Shown here: piece after piece, positions 25,048-32,000 of the stretch | How positions within the stretch are numbered: the stretch's first letter is position 1 | Layout of the letters: the number at the start of each line of letters is the position of its first letter | Source of the DNA: Propionibacteriaceae bacterium | GTDB lineage: Bacteria; Actinomycetota; Actinomycetes; Propionibacteriales; Propionibacteriaceae | Assembly (NCBI GenBank): GCA_031256725.1 | Contig: JAIRQE010000013.1 | Location: forward strand, 67,323 to 99,322 | DNA: 32,000 bases | Direction: 5' to 3' | Translations under genes and position numbers: made by a program | Notes under the pieces: model-generated | Databases searched by the model: none | What the model saw: only the letters and a program-made list of their open reading frames with translations | What the model was told of the DNA's origin: nothing

Positions 25048-25828
25048 TGGTACTCCATAGGTTGCGTCTGACAAGGATTTCTTTGAGAAGGTCAGGACGG
25101 TCGGTAATGATGCCATCGATTCCCCAGTCGATGAGGGTTTCCATCTCTTGTGGATCATTGATGGTCCAGGCATGGATGACTTTTCCAATCCTGTGAACCC
25201 TCTCGATTGTTTCAGCAGAGATGACCTGGATCGTCACGGGGCCAATTTTCTCCCTGATAGGAACCTGGATTGCGATTGCAGGGGAGGAGATGATGGTTGA
25301 CAGGACAGGTACAAAAGCTGTCCAGGCAACGCCTACCGGAGCCATGGCTGTAGGGATGGTGCCATGTGTAAGAGCCCTAAACCGTGAGATCCTGGTTTGG
25401 GAGAAAGAATCGACAAGGATGCGATCCTGGACCCCAAAGACATGGATGGCCTTTGTCAAAGGTACAACTGCATCATCAGTTTTAAGATCCACATTGAAAC
25501 AGACCTCAGGGAAGGTACGCAGAACTTCATCAAAGAAGGGGATGGGCTCACCGCCAACAGTGATCTCGGACAATTCGCTTGCCGTGAAATCTCTGACTCG
25601 TCCTGGTACTCCTGTGACACGATCCAATGTGTCGTCATGGAAGCACACTAATCGTCCATCGCGTGTCACCTGAAGATCGGTTTCAATGTAGCGATACCCC
25701 AGTGACACTGCCTGGGCGAAAGCATGGTGGGTGTTCTCTTTGCCAAGATTGGGACCCCATTCGGCTCCACCTCGATGGGCCATCGCTACGAATGCGGGAG
25801 AACAATATTGGTAGTTCTTGGCGTACAT
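25040..25828 (-). CDS. glycerophosphodiester phosphodiesterase
   Basis: 262 aa. Motifs MAHRGG...KENT, YIETDLQVTRDG and CFHDDTLDRVTG. Confidence 0.85.
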   Translation of the reverse strand: MYAKNYQYCSPAFVAMAHRGGAEWGPNLGKENTHHAFAQAVSLGYRYIETDLQVTRDGRLVCFHDDTLDRVTGVPGRVRDFTASELSEITVGGEPIPFFDEVLRTFPEVCFNVDLKTDDAVVPLTKAIHVFGVQDRILVDSFSQTRISRFRALTHGTIPTAMAPVGVAWTAFVPVLSTIISSPAIAIQVPIREKIGPVTIQVISAETIERVHRIGKVIHAWTINDPQEMETLIDWGIDGIITDRPDLLKEILVRRNLWSTNE

Positions 25829-25985
25829 CAGGCCTCACAGTGGGTCACAGAGTATTGAGATGGGGAGGGGTCCTCGTTGAACATCACGGGTTCATTCTCC
25901 TGCATAGATCGGGTCAGGGTCAATTGCGGTGCCATTACATGGGCATCACTGACTTACGAGAGTTTTCAGAGCAGAATAGATTCTT

Positions 25986-26840
25986 ATGACCACGATTATG
26001 TCCATTCAATCCTCAGTCGCCTTCGGCCATGTTGGGAACTCGGTCGCCGGATTCACATTGATGCGTATGGGTGTTGAGACCTATCCCGTTGTGACTGTGC
26101 ACTATTCGAACACTACGAGCTACGGTTCGTGGAAGGGGCCTGTACTTTCATCGAAGGACGTTATGGATGTTGTAACTGGTGTTGATGAGAGGGGAGCCCT
26201 CGCTGAGGTTGATGGGGTGCTATCAGGGTTCCAAGGATCCGAGTCCATGGGTGAAACCATTCTGTCGGCCGTAGAACTCATCAAGATCCGCAACCCTGAG
26301 GCCATCTATTGTTGCGATCCAGTCATGGGTGATGTCGGGCGAGGGATGTTCGTCGCTCCAGGGATTCCTGAGTTCCTCCGTGATCGCGTCGTACCTTATG
26401 CGGATATCGTTACACCTAATCAATACGAACTAGACTTTCTCACTGAATCTGAGACGACATCAACCAAGGATCTTCTCTGCGCAGTGGATCAGATGATTTC
26501 TAAGGGCCCGAGTACAATCCTGGTTACCTCGGCCATCGCAGATGATACTCCCGAGAATTCTATCTCTATGCTCGCTGCAACCCGTGATGAGGCCTGGCTG
26601 ATTTCCACCCCTCTTCTCGACCAGGTTTTCACAGGATCAGGGGATATGACCTCAGCGGTTTTCTTTGCTCATTTCTTAGAGAGTTCGCGACTAGATTTCG
26701 CTCTCGAAAAAACAGCATCCGTGATTTATTCCGTCCTTGAAGCAACGGTACAAGCCGGCAGGCGAGAATTAGCCCTAGTATCCGCCCAAGACCAGATCAT
26801 CAACCCGAGGCACATCTTTACAGCCCACAAGATTAGATGA
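25986..26840 (+). CDS. pdxY: pyridoxal kinase (PdxY-like)
   Basis: 284 aa, collinear by eye with E. coli PdxY (IQSxVxxGHxGNS, VLSGxxGS, CDPVMG, IVTPNxxELxxL, DEAWxIS, GxGDxxS). ATG 25998 (MSIQSS) is an alternative start. Confidence 0.8.
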   Translation: MTTIMSIQSSVAFGHVGNSVAGFTLMRMGVETYPVVTVHYSNTTSYGSWKGPVLSSKDVMDVVTGVDERGALAEVDGVLSGFQGSESMGETILSAVELIKIRNPEAIYCCDPVMGDVGRGMFVAPGIPEFLRDRVVPYADIVTPNQYELDFLTESETTSTKDLLCAVDQMISKGPSTILVTSAIADDTPENSISMLAATRDEAWLISTPLLDQVFTGSGDMTSAVFFAHFLESSRLDFALEKTASVIYSVLEATVQAGRRELALVSAQDQIINPRHIFTAHKIR

Positions 26841-26842
26841 AC

Positions 26843-28378
26843 TTAGAGTAGGAAAGAGTCGATTCGTGCCCCAAGTGCATTGAGTCGTTGCGGTAGTTCC
26901 TCGTATCCACGGGCAATAACGTAGGTGTCTTCAAGTATGGTCTGCCCACGCGCACCCAAGGCCGCTAAGAAGAGACACATGGCTGGTCTCAGTGCTGGAG
27001 GACAGACGATCTCCCCGCCGCCTCTCCATCTGGTGGGACCAACAACCATAATTCGGTGGGGATCCAGCAATGTGAGGTTGGCTCCCAATTTGTTGAGTCC
27101 CATGAGATGGATCATGCGGAAATCGTAGACCCAGTCAAAGATAGTCGTAGTACCTGTGGCCTGTGCAGCAATGACCGCAAAAAAGGGCAGGTTATCGATA
27201 TTGAGACCAGGGAAGGGCATGGGATGGATCTTGTCGACTGGAGCCACCAACTCTGATGGCTTCACGGTGAGGTCCACAAGACGGGTACGTTGATTGAGGG
27301 CTTTGTACTCCTCAGTGATGGTATAGTTCAGCTTCATTGATTCAAGGACAGCCAACTCGATTTCCATGAACTCAATGGGGATGCGTGTAATGGTCAGCTC
27401 AGAGTCCGTAGCTAGGGCAGCAGTGAGAAGGCTCATCGACTCGATGGGATCCTCGGAAATGTGGTACTCCACATCAACATTGATTGAATCCACGCCATGG
27501 ATGGTTAGTGTGGTGGTACCAATCCCCTCAATGGTGACCCCTAGTTTTGCAATGAACTCGCATAGGTCTTGAACCATATAGTTTGAACTGGCATTACGAA
27601 TTGTGGTGATACCAGGTGTGACCGCAGCAGCCATAATGGCATTTTCAGTCACAGTGTCTCCACGCTCCGTTAATGTAAACTGGCGCTGAGGCCGACTTAG
27701 AGGTACCACGTCACAGTGGTAGAAACCCTCAGTAGCTTCGACAGATAACCCAAGATGGCGCAATGCTTGAAGGTGTGGTTCGACTGTTCTCGTACCCAAA
27801 TTGCAGCCACCAGCATAGGGGAGAGCAAAGGTTGGAAACAGATGCATCAGGGGGCCGAGGAAGAGCAGAATGGACCGGGTTCTGCGCGCTGCCTCAGCAT
27901 TCATTGATGACAGATCGAGTTTCTCGGGTGGACGGATTGTGAGGTCAGTCTGCTCATCATTCCATGTACAGTCCACTCCTATAGAGATGAGAACCTCGAT
28001 AAGGCGGTTAACCTCCTCGATTCGGGCAATCCCTCGCAGCGTTGTTACTCCGCGATTCAACAGGGATGCACACAGGGTAGATACTGCGGCATTCTTACTG
28101 CTTCTGGTTTCTATTGTGCCGTGGAGGCGGCGTCCACCTTCGATGGATAAGTTGACCAATCCCGTGCCAGGGGTGATGAGTTGTTTTCCAAGAACTGCTG
28201 AAATTCGGTTGACCATCTCCAAGGAGAGATTTTGGTTTCCGGCTTCTATTCGACCTATGGCACTTTGACTGGTACTCAGGGCCTTCGCGAGATCTGATTG
28301 GGTCATTCCGATGCTGAGTCGGGCCTCACGAATGAGTATTCCTATTGCCTGTGCCGATGTTGCCATAGCAGACAGCAT
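26843..28378 (-). CDS. XRE-family helix-turn-helix domain fused to a full-length MurA-type enolpyruvyl transferase
   Basis: The N-terminal ~70 aa (IGILIREARLSIGMTQSDLAKALSTSQSAIGRIEAGNQNLSLEMVNRISAVLG) show the Cro/C1 HTH pattern. The rest is collinear with E. coli MurA: SKNAAV (K22-N23), GGCNLGTRTVEPH (C115, R120), GLNIDN (D305), ARGYE (R397). Alternative start ATG 28366 lies 7 nt after a TATGCT -10-like box (leaderless). Confidence 0.8.
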   Translation of the reverse strand: MLSAMATSAQAIGILIREARLSIGMTQSDLAKALSTSQSAIGRIEAGNQNLSLEMVNRISAVLGKQLITPGTGLVNLSIEGGRRLHGTIETRSSKNAAVSTLCASLLNRGVTTLRGIARIEEVNRLIEVLISIGVDCTWNDEQTDLTIRPPEKLDLSSMNAEAARRTRSILLFLGPLMHLFPTFALPYAGGCNLGTRTVEPHLQALRHLGLSVEATEGFYHCDVVPLSRPQRQFTLTERGDTVTENAIMAAAVTPGITTIRNASSNYMVQDLCEFIAKLGVTIEGIGTTTLTIHGVDSINVDVEYHISEDPIESMSLLTAALATDSELTITRIPIEFMEIELAVLESMKLNYTITEEYKALNQRTRLVDLTVKPSELVAPVDKIHPMPFPGLNIDNLPFFAVIAAQATGTTTIFDWVYDFRMIHLMGLNKLGANLTLLDPHRIMVVGPTRWRGGGEIVCPPALRPAMCLFLAALGARGQTILEDTYVIARGYEELPQRLNALGARIDSFLL

Positions 28379-28398
28379 ATCTCATGTTGCGAGGGATT

Positions 28399-28414
28399 AT
28401 CTCATGTATGAGAT
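28399..28414. promoter_or_regulatory. perfect 7-2-7 palindrome ATCTCAT-GT-ATGAGAT, candidate operator
   Basis: Read directly from the sequence. The half-site ATCTCATGT recurs at 28379-28387, exactly 20 bp away and abutting the ATG at 28378. It overlaps the presumed -35 region of the HTH-MurA gene. Confidence 0.5.
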
Positions 28415-28445
28415 GCACGATGTGTTGTTTTGCGTGTTGTGGCGA

Positions 28446-28461
28446 GGGTTCCGTGGAACCC
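28446..28461. promoter_or_regulatory. perfect 7-2-7 palindrome GGGTTCC-GT-GGAACCC upstream of lpdA
   Basis: Read directly from the sequence; it ends 39 nt upstream of the lpdA ATG at 28500. GCGAGGG precedes or overlaps both palindromes (28389-28395 and 28442-28448). Confidence 0.45.
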
Positions 28462-28499
28462 GTCTGACATTTCGGCTCGTTGGAGATAGAGTTGTCTCC

Positions 28500-29897
28500 A
28501 TGACCCACTTCGATACTGTAATCCTTGGTGCAGGACCTGGCGGGTATGTTGCTGCAATTCGCTGCGCACAGCTGGGAATGAAAACAGCGATTATTGAAAA
28601 CAAATGGTGGGGTGGGGTCTGTCTCAATGTCGGATGCATTCCCACAAAGTCGCTACTACGCAATGCGGAAATAGCTCACCTGCTCACCCACGATAAACAA
28701 GCATACGGAATCCAAGGAGACGTGAGATGCGACTATGGAGCGGCGTTTTCCCGCTCCCGTGCGGTATCAGACCGCATGGTCAAAGGAATCCACTTCCTTA
28801 TGAAGAAGAACAAGATCACGGAATACAACGGGTGGGGAGCCTTCAAAAACCATCGTACGATCTCTGTCACCTTCGATACTGGGGTTATTGAAAGTCTCAC
28901 CTTTGATAACTGTGTTATTGCTACGGGGGCCACTCCAAAAATGTTGCCGGGTGTTGTACCAGGGCCACGAGTCATGACCTTTGAGCAGCTCATCATGAGC
29001 CCCAACCTTCCTCGCTCAGTGGTCATCTGTGGGGGAGGGGCCATCGGAGCAGAGTTTGCCTATATCATGGCCAGTTATGGTGTTCAGGTCACCATCATCG
29101 AAGCGTGTGATCGCATCCTTCCACTAGAGGACCCAGAAGTATCCGCTGAGATAACCAAAGCCTACAAAAACTTCGGTATCAATATTCTTACCTCCCATAC
29201 CATCCATGGGATCTCCCAAGACCTCACCTCAGCTAAGGTACATGTAACCAGAGCCAATGGGGGAGAGCCCTATCAGGTCGACGCAGATCAGGTGATGGTC
29301 TCCATAGGTTTCCAACCGAGAATCCATGGATATGGTCTAGAAACCACAGGAGTGGCGCTCAGCCCTCAGGGAGCCATCGCGATTGATACGACCATGAAAA
29401 CGTCAATACCAGGGATTTATGCAATCGGTGATGTCACTGGCAAAATGATGTTGGCACACACAGCAGAGGCCCAGGGAAAGATTGCTGCCGAAACGATGGC
29501 TGGTATGCCAACCATCCCCATCGACTACAAGATGATTCCACGAGCAATTTATTGCGAACCACAGGTAGCCTCCTTCGGGTACACCGAAACTGAGGCACGC
29601 GAGAAGGGCTATAAGGTACGCGTCTCCAAGTTCCCCTTCGCTGCGAATGGAAAAGCCTGGGCACTGGGCAAGTCAACAGGATTCGTGAAAATCATCGCCG
29701 ACTCGACCCACAATGAGATTCTGGGGGCCCATCTTGTTGGTCCCAATGTGACCGAACTTCTACCAGAGTTAACCCTAGCCAAGATGTGGGATCTGACCAC
29801 CGATGAAATTGCGCGAAATATCCACGCTCACCCCACCTTGTCAGAAACCCTCAAAGAGGTCGCTGAAGGCGTCAGTGGCCGTATGACCAATTTCTAA
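28500..29897 (+). CDS. lpdA: dihydrolipoyl dehydrogenase
   Basis: Start ATG 28500 (MTHFDTVILGAGPGGY). Redox disulfide GGVCLNVGCIPTK, NAD site VICGGGAIGAEFA, C-terminal HAHPTLSE. The track start at 28311 is an extension across the divergent promoter region. Confidence 0.9.
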   Translation: MTHFDTVILGAGPGGYVAAIRCAQLGMKTAIIENKWWGGVCLNVGCIPTKSLLRNAEIAHLLTHDKQAYGIQGDVRCDYGAAFSRSRAVSDRMVKGIHFLMKKNKITEYNGWGAFKNHRTISVTFDTGVIESLTFDNCVIATGATPKMLPGVVPGPRVMTFEQLIMSPNLPRSVVICGGGAIGAEFAYIMASYGVQVTIIEACDRILPLEDPEVSAEITKAYKNFGINILTSHTIHGISQDLTSAKVHVTRANGGEPYQVDADQVMVSIGFQPRIHGYGLETTGVALSPQGAIAIDTTMKTSIPGIYAIGDVTGKMMLAHTAEAQGKIAAETMAGMPTIPIDYKMIPRAIYCEPQVASFGYTETEAREKGYKVRVSKFPFAANGKAWALGKSTGFVKIIADSTHNEILGAHLVGPNVTELLPELTLAKMWDLTTDEIARNIHAHPTLSETLKEVAEGVSGRMTNF

Positions 29898-29901
29898 GAC
29901 C

Positions 29902-31026
29902 TCAGTCTCCGAGCCCTGTACCAATCTTACGTGCGGTTTCTATCCAATGATGGTCTGTGGGAACAAGCTTCGACTTTCCTGCCACCTCTTCCAGGGGTAC
30001 AGGTTCGGTATCCTGTCCACGGGCTGCACATAGGATCCCGAATTCTCCCGCAGCTACGTGGTCTGCGGTTGCTGAACCGAGTCGTGTGGCCAAGAGTCGG
30101 TCTTCAGCTGAAGGGGTACCACCTCGCTGGACATAGCCCAATATGGAGACCCGGGTTTCAAGCCCTGTAGCGGCCTCTAACTCTCTGGCGAGTTTGAAGG
30201 TGTGCTCCCGTTGGGAGTCCTCAACATTGGCGAGATGAGTCTTGGCAGCCCGTACAGCTTCGGGAGTACTAGCCGTCTTGACAAGCAGATTCGCTGCCTC
30301 AGTATCGGCGGTATCCGTGGTGTCACGGGCACCCTCAGCAACCGCGATAACAGAGAAGGTACTCCCGCGTGCGATCCTGCTCTTAATGGTCGCTGTCACA
30401 GATTCCACAGTGTAAGGAATCTCAGGAATGAGGATGATGTCGGCGCCACCAGCGATCCCTGCGCCCAGGGACAGCCATCCTGCGCGGTGACCCATGATCT
30501 CCGCAAGGATGATCCTGTGATGGGAGTGGGCAGTACTATGAAGCCGGTCGATGGCCTCTGTAGCGATTTCCATAGCTGTGGCGAAACCGAAACTCGTGTC
30601 CGTACCCCAGATGTCATTGTCGATGGTCTTCGGCAAGAGGATCACGTTCACACCAGCATCCATGAGTTGCTTGGCATTCTTTGCTGTACCGCCGCCACCC
30701 AGCATCACGAGGGCATTTATCCCAAGTTTCTCCAGGTTCTCCTTCACTGTGGGAACCATATTCTTGGACTCACCATTGACCATGTACTTGTTAACCTTGT
30801 CGCGGCTCGTACCCAAGAAGGTACCTCCGCGGGTCAGAATCCCCGATAAAGAACTCGCATCAAGGTCGATGTAGCGATTCTCAACCAACCCAGTAATACC
30901 GTCACGAAACCCGATGAGTTCCATCCCATAGTGGGTGATCGCAGTCTTCCCAAACCCACGTATCACTGCATTCAAACCTGGGGCATCGCCGCCAGCTGTC
31001 AGTATGCCCACCCTTTTGGCTACCAT
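29902..31026 (-). CDS. pfkA: 6-phosphofructokinase (PfkA family, phosphoryl donor uncertain)
   Basis: Start ATG 31026 (MVAKRVGILTAGGDAPGLNAVIRG). Collinear with E. coli PfkA (RGGTFLGTSR, PKTIDNDI, GYVQRGG), with an insertion of about 45 aa. GGDG is replaced by GGGG (30688-30699). Confidence 0.85.
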   Translation of the reverse strand: MVAKRVGILTAGGDAPGLNAVIRGFGKTAITHYGMELIGFRDGITGLVENRYIDLDASSLSGILTRGGTFLGTSRDKVNKYMVNGESKNMVPTVKENLEKLGINALVMLGGGGTAKNAKQLMDAGVNVILLPKTIDNDIWGTDTSFGFATAMEIATEAIDRLHSTAHSHHRIILAEIMGHRAGWLSLGAGIAGGADIILIPEIPYTVESVTATIKSRIARGSTFSVIAVAEGARDTTDTADTEAANLLVKTASTPEAVRAAKTHLANVEDSQREHTFKLARELEAATGLETRVSILGYVQRGGTPSAEDRLLATRLGSATADHVAAGEFGILCAARGQDTEPVPLEEVAGKSKLVPTDHHWIETARKIGTGLGD

Positions 31027-31202
31027 AGTTTTCGCCTCTCTCGCGTAGGGAATATGCCCCAACACAGATCCATTCTTTCATTGGGTGAGCCCATGAACCA
31101 ACCTCACGACACAGAGACCCTGTAATGATATCGATACCACGGGGGAGAGGGTCTATACCTCAAGTTCACGCTGAATAAGGTCCCTGGCAAGTGAAAATAC
31201 AC

Positions 31203-31484
31203 TCAACTTGTACCTTGAGTGAGTTTTTCAGGAATCTTGGACAACTTACTGACTGTAGAATCCAAAGACTTGAGAGCACGAGTAAGTTGCCCCCGAGAAT
31301 ACGGTACGCCCGTACTCCGATCCAATTCCCGTGAAATCAACGTGGAGGCCATCCCGAATGCTTCAAGACGGCGAATGAGCAAAGTTTGCTGAGAAGAACC
31401 CTCAGCAAACTTATCGTGCATCCCAGAGTCCTCCAGATCCATATCTGCAAGACTAGCAGTGACTACAAATGGTGATCGATACAC
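31203..31484 (-). CDS. small hypothetical protein, possible helix-turn-helix regulator
   Basis: Maximal ORF is 93 codons from GTG 31484. A better start is ATG 31421, preceded by GGAGGA at 7 nt (72 aa). The segment LLIRRLEAFGMASTLISRELDRSTGVPYSRGQLTRAL looks HTH-like. No family was recognised. Confidence 0.35.
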   Translation of the reverse strand: MYRSPFVVTASLADMDLEDSGMHDKFAEGSSQQTLLIRRLEAFGMASTLISRELDRSTGVPYSRGQLTRALKSLDSTVSKLSKIPEKLTQGTS

Positions 31485-31551
31485 TTACAACAGGTTCCTG
31501 AAAGGAATGCACGCAAGAGCAAAAAACTCTCCACACGTAAGTCCTAGTCCG

Positions 31552-31565
31552 ATAATGTACATTAT
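31552..31565. promoter_or_regulatory. perfect 14-bp palindrome ATAATGTACATTAT upstream of the small minus-strand ORF
   Basis: Read directly from the sequence. It lies in the AT-rich stretch 68-81 nt upstream of GTG 31484. Confidence 0.4.
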
Positions 31566-31570
31566 GTCAT

Positions 31571-31616
31571 TTCGAAGAATCAGCATAATAGTTCGAAGCA
31601 GCATAATGGTTCAGAG
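31571..31616. repeat. short tandem repeat TTCGAAG(AAT)CAGCATAAT(A/G)G, two copies plus a partial third
   Basis: Copy 1 is 31571-31591, copy 2 is 31592-31609, followed by TTCAGAG (31610-31616). Confidence 0.5.
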
Positions 31617-31732
31617 TTCATCTCTCTCTCCTCTTGAGTTTTGGGTTGTAGGGAATAAAAACAGTAAAGCATTTAGGGGGTGAGATTTATGGATCATCAA
31701 GAGCCTAGTGACAAGGGCATTGACCTCTGGTG

Positions 31733-31843
31733 CTTGGTTGTCAGGGGTTTCAGGGGACGTATCTCCTGACACTTCGCACTCAATGTGGGGCGGCTTGATT
31801 GTCAAGGAACGTATCTTCTGACACTCGTCACTTGATATGGGTG
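31733..31843. repeat. imperfect direct repeat of about 50-58 bp, two adjacent copies
   Basis: Copy 1 (31733-31790): cttggttgtcagggg[tttcagggg]acgtatctcctgacacttcgcactcaatgtgggg. Copy 2 (31794-31843): cttgattgtcaaggaacgtatcttctgacactcgtcacttgatatgggtg. Roughly three quarters identity by eye. Confidence 0.5.
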
Positions 31844-32000
31844 ATCTCATCCGCCAGTCTCACCTTCTCCCTTAGTCCTCGCACTGGCTGAAGAAATACT
31901 TTGTGGATAACTCCCCATGAGGGCATGCAATGCTGTTGACTATACATAGTTCCCTGATGTCAAAGTGATAGGAGTCATTGTGAAGCGGATTGGGTGTCTA

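Noticed and set aside
25048-25188. N-terminal extensions proposed by the ORF track for the MFS gene (to 25188), lpdA (from 28311), permease 1 (from 3021), pfkA (to 31065) and rbpA (to 23619).
   Set aside because: The extensions run into neighbouring genes or promoter regions. Internal starts give family-typical N-termini, mostly with better SD sequences or coupling overlaps.
31689-31769. 26-codon plus-strand ORF (MDHQEPSDKGIDLWCLVVRGFRGRIS) with AGGGGG 8 nt upstream.
   Set aside because: Too short to support without conservation or ribosome-profiling data.
31611-31850. 79-aa minus-strand ORF across the direct-repeat region.
   Set aside because: No RBS and an implausible composition. Its frame is simply kept open across the repeats.
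31980-32000. Possible gene start (TAGGAG then GTG AAG CGG ATT...) at the window edge.
   Set aside because: Only 7 codons are visible, so it cannot be evaluated.
1-32000. CRISPR arrays, IS elements or transposases, integrases, rRNA genes, and recognisable defence-system genes.
   Set aside because: I saw no regularly spaced repeats, and no ORF with transposase, integrase, Cas or restriction-type motifs.

Overview
This window reads as a gene-dense chromosomal segment of an Actinomycetota genome. The phylum call rests on rbpA, a split lnt/ppm1 pair, metX-metW, and TANNNT -10 boxes sitting 6-7 nt before start codons. GC looks close to one half by eye; I did not compute it. Left third: the tail of aspS, then a tightly packed eight-gene nucleoside uptake and catabolism operon (BMP lipoprotein, two-cassette ABC ATPase, two permeases, cdd, deoA, deoC, PGM-family mutase). 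This operon faces a convergent beta-CASP nuclease/deoD bicistron. A PHP (TrpH-like) phosphoesterase gene follows and overlaps trpS. Middle: a 124-nt inverted-repeat structured element and an orphan DUF1778 (TacA-like) antitoxin gene with no toxin partner. Next comes a 1430-codon fusion of two HgdC/BcrAD-type activator ATPases to a dehydratase/reductase-like Cys-rich module, then tRNA-Asn(GUU). Right third: metX-metW-lnt-ppm1, rbpA, a glycerophosphodiesterase/UMF1-type MFS pair, and pdxY. An XRE-HTH::MurA fusion gene lies divergent from lpdA, with two 7-2-7 palindromes in the shared control region. A pfkA with an atypical active-site motif follows, then an AT-richer, repeat-laden terminal 0.9 kb. 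I found no CRISPR array, transposase, integrase or rRNA. The best candidates for something undescribed are the HTH-MurA fusion with its putative operators, and the antitoxin plus giant activase fusion interval next to tRNA-Asn. All family assignments are by-eye motif recognition on the supplied translations; no searches were run.
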